A stretch of 63,662 nt of DNA, filler included, from Octopus bimaculoides (Eukaryota): NCBI RefSeq assembly GCF_001194135.2. It is 8 parts of 7 records of this genome, joined end to end, with 100 filler letters (N's around TTAATTAATTAA, not from the genome) between each part and the next. Parts side by side here need not be neighbours in the genome. Positions count along the whole stretch, not along the records: positions 45,942 to 56,667 come from NC_068993.1; positions 56,768 to 58,926 come from NC_068992.1; positions 59,027 to 61,144 come from NC_069005.1; positions 61,245 to 63,662 come from NC_068981.1; 4 more parts are not named here. One strand, 5' to 3'. Shown here one piece after another: positions 52,600 to 63,662 of the stretch. The notes below the pieces were generated by a model that worked only from the letters and a program-made list of their open reading frames with translations, did no database searches and was not told where the DNA came from. The position numbers and the translations under genes are program-made. The first letter of the stretch is position 1, and every line of letters begins with the position of its first letter.

Positions 52600-53420
52600 A
52601 CCCCCACCAGTTGCAACACCGTATTTTCCTAGGTGTGTGCAACAGTAATCTTTGCGTTTCATGGTGAGTTTTGTTTCGTTGCTTCTCGCGTGACTTAAAT
52701 GTTCCCCATCTGTTTGTGTAGCGAATGCGTAATAAGAATTGTGTTATTTTGTTGAGAGTTATTTGTGTTCTACATGTTTTGTAAGTTATGCTACGTCTTT
52801 AGTGGCGAATAGTGACTGTGTAGGGTATGTTCTGTGTGGCTTTTGGTTATAGTATTAGGTGTCAATTGTGTAGAACAGGAGTTGCAGTAGATGTTGGAAA
52901 TAGTTTTGTGTTATCATTGTCAGTTATCATCCAGGTGCGCTTTGTGTGTTCGGAGGCCAGCTTGGCAAGGTTATACATTTCCTGCTCTATAGTGTTGCAT
53001 GCTTAGATGATTGTATACATGCAGGCACTTAGTTCCATTTCATTTTTTGATGTCGTCAGCCTTGAAACGTTCTTGACTGCCTCTTGTTCTCTTTCCCATC
53101 CACATTTCCTGTCAAAATGGTCTTGGATAGTGATGGCTTTGTGGACTCGACTCTCGAAAATTCTCGATTGGTGTCTTTGGACTTTTAGCCTTACAAGAAC
53201 TGATACGTTTGTTATTTTGTCTTTTCAGTTTGCTCTACCAATCCGCGATAGATCCACTCCTCAACGGTGCCTATCATTTTCACAGTCCAAATTTGAATTC
53301 TGTAGTTGATTACACAGATTCAGCTCTGTGGCAAAAACAGATTACTAGTTTCAATTTTATGTGTAGTATTTTGTCATTTGAGGTGAAGATCTTTCTCATT
53401 TTGTGTAATCATTTGAAATG
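52600..53420 (-). mobile_element. Possible highly decayed Penelope-like N-terminal region
   Basis: Fragments such as KMRKIFTSNDKILHIKLKLVICFCHRAE and SRTFQG*RHQKMK loosely recall PLE N-termini; many stops. Confidence 0.25.
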
Positions 53421-53699
53421 GTTTGCAAAGCTCATTACACTCTTCTAGTTGGACACTACAATCGGTAGAACATGAACTCTCACCTTCTGTAGAGGGTCAT
53501 CGTCCCTGTAGATAGGTTATGCGAGAAGAGTAGTTTGGGGGTGATTCTAGACGTTGACGATGGCCTTCACAGTTTTCCGCTCTCGATGATTTCAATTTGA
53601 GTAATGTGATAATTTTCAAGTATATCTCACCTTTTAGCACTCCTGGGAAGATTTGCCTGTTTCGGATTATCTCAAAGCATCTGGTCGTGCTGACGATGA

Positions 53700-54625
53700 A
53701 AGCATGCTCAAGATTAATATCCGTATCAGTCTGTAATTATTTTTATTCTTGTATATTTTATGACATTAGTAATGCCATTCATGCACATTACAAAGAGTAA
53801 TGACCCAATACCCTTCATTCGGAGATATCACTGGTGACTTTTGCTGGGAGTGATTGCATCCCATTGATCAAAATATGCTGGTTCTGCTGACGAGGGAATA
53901 CTTGATCCTGTAGAATAGCTTTACACGAATTCCAGAGCTGGATAAGTTCAACAATAGAATGTAATGGTCAACTCCGTCCAAGGCTGCACTGAATTCAAGA
54001 TAGTACGGTAAATAGATGACTATTTTAATGCAATGTTGTTTCAGTTACGTACATTGAGTTTATATTCAGCCTGGCGGCTGTCCACAATGTTGGTCAGTGT
54101 GTATTATTCACTGTTCATTGTATATCAGAGGGGTAGGTTTCATCCAGGTATGTGACTAGCGAGTACATGTCATTGACAAGGCTCAAGGAACCGAAAACAC
54201 GTCTGAAGTTCTCGCTAGCTACAGGGACGATCTTCATTTCACTCTGATATATATTATGCTTTGAACACAGCATATCTACACAGAGACAGACCACAGTATC
54301 ATCCCCTTCACAGTGTACATACGTGCAACAACGGTGTTTGGGCTTTCTTCTAACACTTTTAGAATGTCATCAAAGTGATGTAGAAGCTCTGTTAGGCAGA
54401 CTTTGACTCAACGAAAACCGTGTTAGTTGGAATTTATGAAATTGTTGCTATCCAGAATATTAGTTATTCTTGACCTCACAAGACATTCAAATAATTCGAT
54501 GATATGAGACTTAAGTGAGACGAGGTGAGAATAGGTAGCTTCAAGTAATCTGCTACCCTTTTTGAAGACTGCGATGACAGATTGCGATAGGAACTGTTTC
54601 GGTATGAAGCTTGTGTTTAATGGTT
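53700..54625 (-). mobile_element. CR1/L2-type reverse transcriptase relic, interrupted by a ~310-bp insertion (about 54005-54318)
   Basis: KKGSRLLEATYSHLVSLKSHIIELFECLV...NSN*HGFR..VCLTELLHHFDDIL, then YLEFSAALDGVDHYILL...QHILINGMQS...VLG(H)LLFVMCMN...IKIITD. These match RT motifs YRPVSL, QHGFR, YLDFSKAFD.VDH, QG.VLGPLLF, FADD. Confidence 0.8.
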
Positions 54626-54827
54626 TNNNNNNNNNNNNNNNNNNNNNNNNNNNNNNNNNNNNNNNNNNNNNNNNNNNNNNNNNNNNNNNNNNNNNNNNNN
54701 NNNNNNNNNNNNNNNNNNNNNNNNNNNNNNNNNNNNNNNNNNNNNNNNNNNNNNNNNNNNNNNNNNNNNNNNNNNNNNNNNNNNNNNNNNNNNNNNNNNN
54801 NNNNNNNNNNNNNNNNNNNNNNNNNNN

Positions 54828-54878
<51 letters not shown>

Positions 54879-54937
54879 TCTGTCTCTCTCTTTCTCTTTC
54901 ACACACACACACACACGCACGCACGTATATTTATATA

Positions 54938-54968
54938 CAGGGTTTGGACAAAATAAAGGAAACACCTT
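54938..54968 (+). mobile_element. Tc1-like terminal inverted repeat (left end)
   Basis: TA|CAGGGTTTGGACAAAATAAAGGAAACACC; a degenerate opposite end may lie near 55703-55725 (TGTTTATCATTTTGTCCA). Confidence 0.4.
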
Positions 54969-55260
54969 TATTATTTGAGGTTTTTGAATACGCAGTTGGT
55001 TCATGTTTGATAGTGATCATAAAGTTAATGCGTCTAGGAATTGACCTGTACAGACTTTCAGTCGTTGTTAGGGGAATTTTGAGCTAGTCTTCAAATAAAT
55101 AAAAAAACCTACTATGGCTTTTTCAGTGACGACGGTGGAGGGAATTTGTTGCTTATTTGCGACTTAAAAATGCACAATAACAGTTTGATTATATTCAAGT
55201 CCAATACTTGTGAAGAGCAATCCAAATGGTCTAAGACTTCGCTTTTATACTCTTCGTACT

Positions 55261-55330
55261 TACATTAACCGTGTGGATAACATTACCAGTGTGGATAACA
55301 TTACCAGTGTGGATAACATTAGCCGTGTGA
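55261..55330. repeat. 18-bp minisatellite, about 4 units
   Basis: GTGTGGATAACATTACCA repeated at 55271, 55289 and 55307, with partial flanking units. Confidence 0.9.
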
Positions 55331-55820
55331 ATCGGTGCATCATTGCCCTGGATGTTTGCTTGCGCTACTGTCAGAGAGCAATGTGAGTAGTGAAATGCTG
55401 AATTAAGTCGGCTGATCGTTATTATTGCATTATTATTGCAACCTCCAACATTCTCTCCCTCCTCCAGCTGACAGTTTTTGTACGCTTTCGTGACGGAAAA
55501 TACACCTTTTGTGGCAGTTATAACGAAATTGCTTACTTATATCAGACTAATAAGGCGTTTCAATAGAACACCTTTACCCCCGGGAATTACCGGGTACACC
55601 AGCTAGTATATATATAGTTCAAACTTTTCGAAACGCCGGTGTTTTAATGGTGGCAGCTGATGAAGGAGATGTTTCTATGTGGCCTGCTTGTTTGTTGCAC
55701 CTTGTTTATCATTTTGTCCATGTTCACTTGCCCCGTCATGTACCCAGTTATGTATCTATATGTACATGTAGATGAAGGTATGTACATACATGTACATATA
55801 TATACATATACTCATATATT

Positions 55821-55855
<35 letters not shown>

Positions 55856-55857
<2 letters not shown>

Positions 55858-56280
55858 AACAAGGGTACAAAATGTACCAGTACTTGTAGAAATAGCAGCC
55901 AAAACGACTAGAATAGCCACACAAAACACTAACCTCGTGAGTTCACGAAAAGCGAGAGAGCAAGAACAAGCAACTGTCTGCGGTGAGATAAACTCACAGA
56001 ATGAAGTAAACAGATATATCCAGTTCACGTGATTTTGAACTCTGATAATTTTCATCTTAGTTCTCTCATCAGAGGACGAAAATTATCAGAGTTCAAGATA
56101 ACGTCTTCTGGATATATCTGTTGACGTCATTCTGTGAGTTTATCTCGCCATAGAAAGTTGGTTTTTTTTGCTTGCTTCCTCGCATTTCGTGAACTCACGA
56201 CCTCAGTGCTTTTTGTGGTTATTCAAGTCGATTTGACTGCTATTTCCAGCAATGATGGTACATTTTCTATCCTTGCTTAT
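55856..56280. repeat. Long inverted repeat (foldback/MITE-like), ~200-bp arms, 24-nt loop
   Basis: 55856-56053 aligns with the reverse complement of 56078-56280 (e.g. GAGATAAACTCACAGAATGA, CAGATATATCCAG, TTGAACTCTGATAATTTTC); loop at 56054-56077. Confidence 0.92.
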
Positions 56281-56339
56281 TAATTAGCCTTTAGGTTTTA
56301 ACTGCTAACGGGCCACCTGTATTATAATATATTTAACAT

Positions 56340-56667
56340 ATTATATACAAATGGAACACAACCTAGATACCGTAACAAACAGTGGAATAGACTACAAAGG
56401 ATTAGTGACAAAACAAACAAAAAGACCACGTGGTACAATACCGACAAGTTCCAGGGAGTAATGTTTGTGGACGCCACGCCACACGGCGAACTGGCCCGCA
56501 GATTTCGAAAACTCCTCAAAAGTACCAAGTTGAGGATAAATGTTATAGAAAAACCAGGGAGATCAATTAGATCAATAATATGTAAAACATATCCCTTCAG
56601 AAGAACAAGGTGTGTTGAGGAGAGTTGCATTGTGTGCAAAAATAGTCCTGGTGCCAACTGCAAAGCC
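56340..56667 (+). mobile_element. Penelope-like element fragment, Naiad/Chlamys-type linker before GIY-YIG
   Basis: VMFVDATPHGELARRFRKLL...INVIEKPGRSIRSIICKTYPF...C.EESCIVCKNSPGANC resembles the (L/M)FVPxTPxxEL...VVEKxGxSI...PF...CxxxxCxxC linker; cut by the join. Confidence 0.65.
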
Positions 56668-56767
56668 NNNNNNNNNNNNNNNNNNNNNNNNNNNNNNNNN
56701 NNNNNNNNNNNTTAATTAATTAANNNNNNNNNNNNNNNNNNNNNNNNNNNNNNNNNNNNNNNNNNNN
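56668..56767. other. Assembly join spacer (44 N + TTAATTAATTAA + 44 N)
   Basis: Linker at 56712-56723. Confidence 0.95.
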
Positions 56768-56806
<39 letters not shown>

Positions 56807-57187
56807 AAGAAATTTAGGAAGAGTTGATGTTTTATTAAAAGTAGTAGTGTTGATGGTGACAGTGAGAGTAATAATAAAAGAGTGAGAAAGAGTGGGTATG
56901 TGAGAGAAAGAGGGAGAGGATGTACGACTTTGTTTAACCATGTCTCTTTGACAGAAATTGCTGTCGCCATCAAAGTGATTACTATCATTTCAGTGATGAC
57001 CGCATCCCATCATTTTTTCATTATATTTCCCCATCCTAAAAGAGGTCACCATCCTTGAACTCATATCTAATGCCAGTAGCTATACAATGATAAAAAAACT
57101 AAATAAACAAATAAATGGTAAAAGCCATTCCAAATTGAAAAGAAATCCCCTCTACCTATCTTTCTTTCTATCTATCTATCTACCTAC

Positions 57188-57238
<51 letters not shown>

Positions 57239-58088
57239 CCTATCTATCTAAATCTGTGGTGGTGGTGGTGGTGGTAGCTGAGACAGTCATGGATGATGGT
57301 GATAGTAAGTTATGTGAAAGATGGTGGGGGAGGGAAAGGTGGCGGCGGCAGAAGTGTGAATAGTGTGTGTATGGCAGTTGTGGTGGCGATGGTGGTGGTA
57401 CTGGTGAGGGTGATGGCTGAAAACAATCAATAGAAAGAGAGATGGAGGGAGAGAGAGAGAGAGAGAGAGAGNNNNNNNNNNNNNNNNNNNNNNNNNNNNN
57501 NNNNNNNNNNNNNNNNNNNNNNNNNNNNNNNNNNNNNNNNNNNNNNNNNNNNNNNNNNNNNNNNNNNNNNNNNNNNNNNNNNNNNNNNNNNNNNNNNNNN
57601 NNNNNNNNNNNNNNNNNNNNNNNNNNNNNNNNNNNNNNNNNNNNNNNNNNNNNNNNNNNNNNNNNNNNNNNNNNNNNNNNNNNNNNNNNNNNNNNNNNNN
57701 NNNNNNNNNNNNNNNNNNNNNNNNNNNNNNNNNNNNNNNNNNNNNNNNNNNNNNNNNNNNNNNNNNNNNNNNNNNNNNNNNNNNNNNNNNNNNNNNNNNN
57801 NNNNNNNNNNNNNNNNNNNNNNNNNNNNNNNNNNNNNNNNNNNNNNNNNNNNNNNNNNNNNNNNNNNNNNNNNNNNNNNNNNNNNNNNNNNNNNNNNNNN
57901 NNNNNNNNNNNNNNNNNNNNNNNNNNNNNNNNNNNNNNNNNNNNNNNNNNNNNNNNNNNNNNNNNNNNNNNNNNNNNNNNNNNNNNNNNNNCTTACTTTT
58001 GAAAATCTTTTTAAATAAGCGAAACCGGTTAAGTTAATAAATACTTTTAAAAGACACCTACATTTTCAGATTCTTTCCTCATGTGTGT

Positions 58089-58161
<73 letters not shown>

Positions 58162-58315
58162 CATATATATTTATATTAAGGGCATTACTATACATAAATG
58201 CCTCACGCTAGGAGGGGCTGTAAAAGGCAGACTACCATGATAAACAGATTTTTACCGAACGCGAGGGAATGCACCTCTCGAAGCGAGCCTCCTAAAAACA
58301 GACTTAACGGCATAC

Positions 58316-58387
58316 CATGATTTCGTAATCAGTGCAGTATTTTCACTCTTTAAAGAGTGGAAATACTGCACTGATTCCGAAAGCATG
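58316..58387. repeat. 72-bp imperfect palindrome centred on TTTAAA
   Basis: CATGATTTCGTAATCAGTGCAGTATTTTCACTCTTT|AAAGAGTGGAAATACTGCACTGATTCCGAAAGCATG; centre at 58351/58352. Confidence 0.9.
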
Positions 58388-58926
58388 ATATACAGCAAGC
58401 TTCTCTGCGATCTTGCTTCAGTTATATCGACTGATATCTAGGCTCGAAGTTTTCCTGCCGTTTTTCATCAATAAAGATATGTTAAACACTATTTATCTTA
58501 CAATTGCCACTAGGCTGCTAGTTTCTTTTTGTTTCTTTCTTTGTTGCATCTGTTGTATTTATAAAATTGAAGACAACAATTGATCAATTGGGAGGCATCC
58601 GATTAGAATCGGTTCTGTTGGCGAAATCATGGTAAGATTAAATTGGATCTTGAAGTTTGAAATTGCTTTCTGTAATTCTTGTATTTTATACATTTAATTT
58701 TGTATATCTTCACTGCAGGAATCGAATGTTAATCGAATATATAAAATGTAAAGTAAACAATACTACACAAAAGAAAAATAAATAAATAAAAATCCTACTT
58801 TTACAACTAAATTTCGATTTAGTGAAGATTTTCCATTGGTTGTCGCTGTTATTTTCTAAATTAGAATATCGATATTTTAATGACTGTAGCTTCGAGGCTG
58901 TGATTCAGTGAACACATGACTTCGTT

Positions 58927-59026
58927 NNNNNNNNNNNNNNNNNNNNNNNNNNNNNNNNNNNNNNNNNNNNTTAATTAATTAANNNNNNNNNNNNNNNNNN
59001 NNNNNNNNNNNNNNNNNNNNNNNNNN
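58927..59026. other. Assembly join spacer (44 N + TTAATTAATTAA + 44 N)
   Basis: Linker at 58971-58982. Confidence 0.95.
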
Positions 59027-59120
<94 letters not shown>

Positions 59121-59329
59121 ATATGTATGTATGCATGTAATGTGAAGGAGAGAGAGAGAGTGAAAGAGAGAGAGAGAGATAAAGAGACAGACAGGCAGAC
59201 AAAGAAAGACAGAGAGAGACAGGGAGAGAGACAGACGTGTGTATATCTCAATATATGTGTATATGTGTGTATAAAGCGGACACACGTGCATATAGATATA
59301 TCAATAGATGCATATCCTCACATACACGC

Positions 59330-59398
<69 letters not shown>

Positions 59399-61096
59399 TG
59401 TGTCTGTGTGTGTGTACGTACGTATGCAATTTTGTGATAGTGCGTGTGTTTCTGAGCACCAGTGCCTGCATATACCTGGCATGGGTGTGTTTATGTGTAT
59501 GTTTTTGAGCACGTATAGACATATATAATTATATATTTTCCTAATCATATCATTTTACATATATTCGAGTGTCATGCGTCGCAGACACATCCACCCAACA
59601 AACGTACGGATACATCACATATTTATATACACATACATCCATATGTATATATACACGTATGTATATATATATATATATATNNNNNNNNNNNNNNNNNNNN
59701 NNNNNNNNNNNNNNNNNNNNNNNNNNNNNNNNNNNNNNNNNNNNNNNNNNNNNNNNNNNNNNNNNNNNNNNNNNNNNNNNNNNNNNNNNNNNNNNNNNNN
59801 NNNNNNNNNNNNNNNNNNNNNNNNNNNNNNNNNNNNNNNNNNNNNNNNNNNNNNNNNNNNNNNNNNNNNNNNNNNNNNNNNNNNNNNNNNNNNNNNNNNN
59901 NNNNNNNNNNNNNNNNNNNNNNNNNNNNNNNNNNNNNNNNNNNNNNNNNNNNNNNNNNNNNNNNNNNNNNNNNNNNNNNNNNNNNNNNNNNNNNNNNNNN
60001 NNNNNNNNNNNNNNNNNNNNNNNNNNNNNNNNNNNNNNNNNNNNNNNNNNNNNNNNNNNNNNNNNNNNNNNNNNNNNNNNNNNNNNNNNNNNNNNNNNNN
60101 NNNNNNNNNNNNNNNNNNNNNNNNNNNNNNNNNNNNNNNNNNNNNNNNNNNNNNNNNNNNNNNNNNNNNNNNNNNNNNNNNNNNNNNNNNNNNNNNNNNN
60201 NNNNNNNNNNNNNNNNNNNNNNNNNNNNNNNNNNNNNNNNNNNNNNNNNNNNNNNNNNNNNNNNNNNNNNNNNNNNNNNNNNNNNNNNNNNNNNNNNNNN
60301 NNNNNNNNNNNNNNNNNNNNNNNNNNNNNNNNNNNNNNNNNNNNNNNNNNNNNNNNNNNNNNNNNNNNNNNNNNNNNNNNNNNNNNNNNNNNNNNNNNNN
60401 NNNNNNNNNNNNNNNNNNNNNNNNNNNNNNNNNNNNNNNNNNNNNNNNNNNNNNNNNNNNNNNNNNNNNNNNNNNNNNNNNNNNNNNNNNNNNNNNNNAT
60501 ATATATATACATTTATATATATATACATGTATATGTATAAATGTACATGTTTATACGAATGCTTTATGTCTATTATATATACTTTCGCCTATGTGTGTAC
60601 CGTTGTGACAGAATTGGTCATAAAGTTTGGCAAAATCTATGATAATACTCTTATATCGCCTCTCTGTTAAGCTAATCACATTATTTAGCTAGATTTTATA
60701 GTCTCTAATATAATTGGCTTTCTAACCGGTTTTAATTTGATGCCAGTCTATCAGATTTAAGAATCCATAAGAGGTTTGGGCAAGGTCTTTATGTACCTCC
60801 ATAAAGCCACATACATAATGCATAGAAACACTCTCACTCGTTTTGTTGAAGCATATGCACAACCACATGCGTATATGGTTGTGAATGTGGCAGTGTATAT
60901 ATATATATATATGTGCATGTAACAGCATGTGTATGTGTGCGCGTGTATGTGTGTGTGTATAAAGATAGGGGTATATGTAAGTATATATTTACCTGAATAA
61001 TTGTTTAATCCACGTACTTGTTTGATTATGTAGAGACGTAGATATACAAAAATATATGCGTATGCCTCTGTATGTGCGTGTATGTATATATGTGCC

Positions 61097-61144
<48 letters not shown>

Positions 61145-61244
61145 NNNNNNNNNNNNNNNNNNNNNNNNNNNNNNNNNNNNNNNNNNNNTTAATTAATTAA
61201 NNNNNNNNNNNNNNNNNNNNNNNNNNNNNNNNNNNNNNNNNNNN
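61145..61244. other. Assembly join spacer (44 N + TTAATTAATTAA + 44 N)
   Basis: Linker at 61189-61200. Confidence 0.95.
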
Positions 61245-61247
61245 CCC

Positions 61248-61286
<39 letters not shown>

Positions 61287-61316
61287 CATTAATGTTATTA
61301 TTATTATTATTATTAA

Positions 61317-61382
<66 letters not shown>

Positions 61383-61408
61383 CATTAATGTTATTATTAT
61401 TATTATTG
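61248..61408. repeat. (ATT)n microsatellite
   Basis: Direct observation; contains a duplicated ATCATTAATGTT interruption. Confidence 0.95.
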
Positions 61409-61439
61409 TAACTTCAATATTATTAACTGGTCAGTTACT

Positions 61440-61985
61440 GCAATATGTAATTTTGACAAAAAAAAAACGAAAATTGTTGGTAATGAACCACCCTAAGGCA
61501 TATATAAAATGACTTTACCAGCCAATAAAAGAGGGCGGCCATTGACTTTTACAGCCAGAATTAGTAATGTTGATGGCTAGAATTGGCCTAAACACCTACA
61601 TGATAATCTCTGATGACTGGATGTTAAAACTTGTCTTAAAGAATGAAAACAAGCAAACATCATACTAGGTAACAAAGCAGACAAAGAAATACCTAAGCGA
61701 ATTCCAAGTACAACAAATGCCAGAATTAAACGCACTGGAAACAAACACAGAAAAACCTAATCCTATGAAAACCCGTGCTAAAACTGCTGCCTTAGTGATA
61801 AATGACAAGAAAAACTTCTCAATGGCAAATACTCAAAGAGAGCTAATCTTGCCGATGTTGACAAAGCCCTTAGTGTCTTCTGGCTTAAAATCAGATACAG
61901 AAGGGTTTATTATAGCAGCATAAGATCAATGTCTACCTGCAAGGAACTACCAGGCCAACATATTAAAGAACGGCAGTAGCACAAC
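61440..61985 (+). mobile_element. RLE-type (R4/Dong-like) non-LTR retrotransposon relic, post-RT region
   Basis: RKLLVMNHPKAYIK*LYQPIKEGGH*LLQPE and KSDTEGFIIAA*DQCLPARNYQANILKNGS match HPKAD..RLY..RKEGGRGL and LK.ETEGFI.AAQDQ.L.TRNY. Confidence 0.8.
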
Positions 61986-61999
61986 ATTTGCACAGAAAC

Positions 62000-62895
62000 C
62001 TAGAAATATTCGGTTACACAGAAAAAGAGCGAAAGAAACTGACGCGTATTCTCCAAATCCAATTGACAAAGTTTGCATACATGAGACTGAGAGCATCATA
62101 AGACATAGAAGGCAACTTCTTGAGCAACACCCTTTGTCTGGTAACCTAGAATACATACCCAAATAAGTAGCACGACTCTGCCACAACGTATCATCAGATG
62201 AAAGGATGAGCCTATATGAGCAGAAGACTATGCATGGACATGTTAGTAGAAAGCTGCGTGATGATAGTAACATTGATCATCAAAGCAGTTTATCATGGAC
62301 CAGTAACCGGAATACTACCTCCCACTTTAAAGGGTATGCGTTTGCAATCGAGGAACTGGAAAGATCAACCAAGTACCTGATGCACAAAAGGGATAGAGAT
62401 GCAGGCAAAGCAGTAAAATGTGACAATTGATGCAGACTTTGTGGAATTCACATTGAAGACATCACCCTCATCATAAGCAGTTGTCCGAAAATGTCATCAC
62501 GGTGTTATCTACCGATGAGACATGATATTGTAGCTAGGACACTCCATAATGAAATCCATCGGAAGCATTATCCCGAGGAGAAAAAAATAAGAATCCACAA
62601 CATGGTAGAAGCCATAGCCACTCATAATAAAAAGGAATACTGGTGGAATGTACCCGTGAAGACCTCCATAAAATGTAAGCACAACAGACCTGATGTAATG
62701 ATGTGAGATAGAGAAGAGAAACTGTGCACATTTGTGGAAATTAGCTGCCCAGCGGATGTTAACATAAAACTGAAGATCATTGAAAAAGAGAACACTTATG
62801 CTGAACTATTGAGAAATCTTTAGTTACTCTATCCAGATTACAAGTTAGGTTTATACGTGTAATTATTGGGGCCCTGGGATATGTAACACACTGCC
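62000..62895 (+). mobile_element. Second RLE-type non-LTR relic with CCHC knuckle and PD-(D/E)xK nuclease
   Basis: CRLCGIHIEDITLIISSCPKMSSRCYLPMRHDIVAR (CxxC...(H)...C and RHD motifs), then YWWNVPVKT...HNRPDVMM*DREEKLCTFVEISCP...KIIEKENTY. Confidence 0.85.
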
Positions 62896-62904
62896 TAAAT
62901 ACCA

Positions 62905-63190
62905 GTCTTCCTTGTGGAAGTCAACGTGGTTTTAGTTTTTGCTTTCAAGCAGCTGATGATAATGACCTCACCATCATATCTGTATTTGATGTGGATTCCA
63001 GGTGTTCCACGGCAGAATGCATCGTGAAGCAGTGTGCTAAACGTCAAAGTGAACAGCGTGGGTGATAGAACACAACACTGCTGCTTCACACCGTTAGTTG
63101 CAGCGAAAGGTGGCGAAAATCCTCTATCATTCAAGACATGTGCTTGCACGTCATCGTGAAATTCATGCGTCGTGTTAATGAACAAGTCTA
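62905..63190 (-). mobile_element. RTE (BovB-like) reverse transcriptase fragment
   Basis: HVLNDRGFSPPFAATNGVKQQCCVLSPTLFTLTFSTLLHDAF...GIHIKYRYDG...LKAKTK matches RTE RT (GVKQGCVLAPTLF...GI.I.YR.DG). Confidence 0.85.
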
Positions 63191-63218
63191 GACAATGCAT
63201 GTAGGTATGTATGTATTT

Positions 63219-63268
<50 letters not shown>

Positions 63269-63662
63269 CTATATATAATTTTTTTTTATCCTATATTATA
63301 TTATAAATAATTAGAATATATTCAGTGCTGAATATTATTCTGTATAAGCACATGTGACCGAGATGCAACTAGATAAATTCAAATCTCTTTCAGGGATATA
63401 TAATTGTGAACAAAAGTCATCGTTACTGTGATGGCTACATCGTGGTAGGTTGATTCTTGTTTATTTTTATATATCTTGACCATACGTGTACTGATGAACA
63501 AAAGAATACAGGTTACTTCACAGTTTTTTCTGTATTTGATTGAGAAACCAGTGGTCTACCGTTGAGTTAAATGTTTTTAAGAGATAAATTTTGAAAAGCT
63601 TCATTCCCTCGCTTTCGGTAAATATGTTGCTTATTTTTGGTAGTTTATTTACTTATTTAGTC

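Noticed and set aside
50900-54202. Hammerhead-like remnants at 50900-50931 (minus) and 54173-54202 (plus)
   Set aside because: Core boxes are mutated (CTATGACA, TTGACAAG; CTAAC); at best dead PLE remnants, too degenerate to call.
55272-55316. Three perfect DnaA boxes (TGTGGATAA) in tandem
   Set aside because: They arise from one 18-bp minisatellite unit in clearly eukaryotic repeat context; there are no bacterial genes or origin features nearby.
8941-60608. Long ORFs made mostly of X, or of YI/CV/TH/SL dipeptides
   Set aside because: They read through N gaps and TA, CA and GA microsatellites.

Overview
AT-rich, repeat-dense eukaryotic genomic DNA. The SINE, LINE and microsatellite content looks like an octopus (cephalopod) genome; this is inferred from repeat character, not proven. 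Seven 100-bp spacers (44 N + TTAATTAATTAA + 44 N) cut the window into eight separately assembled pieces, so adjacency across them is uncertain. Real protein-coding content is three partial genes: the last coding exon of a Tonsoku-like gene (TONSL, minus, 11511-11874), exon 1 of Host cell factor 1 (plus, 18700-18859), and four spliced exons (minus, 43708 to 39099) encoding the hinge and complete ligand-binding domain of an NR1-type nuclear receptor whose DNA-binding domain is not in the window. There is also a poly(A)-tailed 5S rRNA copy inside a tandem SINE array, and an 8.6-kb CpG-rich (ACGA/ACGT)-based satellite with a palindrome-bounded inverted block. Relics of Tc1/mariner, Helitron-like, Merlin-like, Penelope-like, RTE, CR1-like and RLE-type elements are scattered throughout. 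Almost all entries in the ORF track are artefacts of satellites, microsatellites or N gaps. I see no complete novel multi-gene system. The best leads are the nuclear receptor, the satellite inversion, the 5S-SINE junction, the YY1 motif cluster at HCF1 and a 200-bp-arm foldback.
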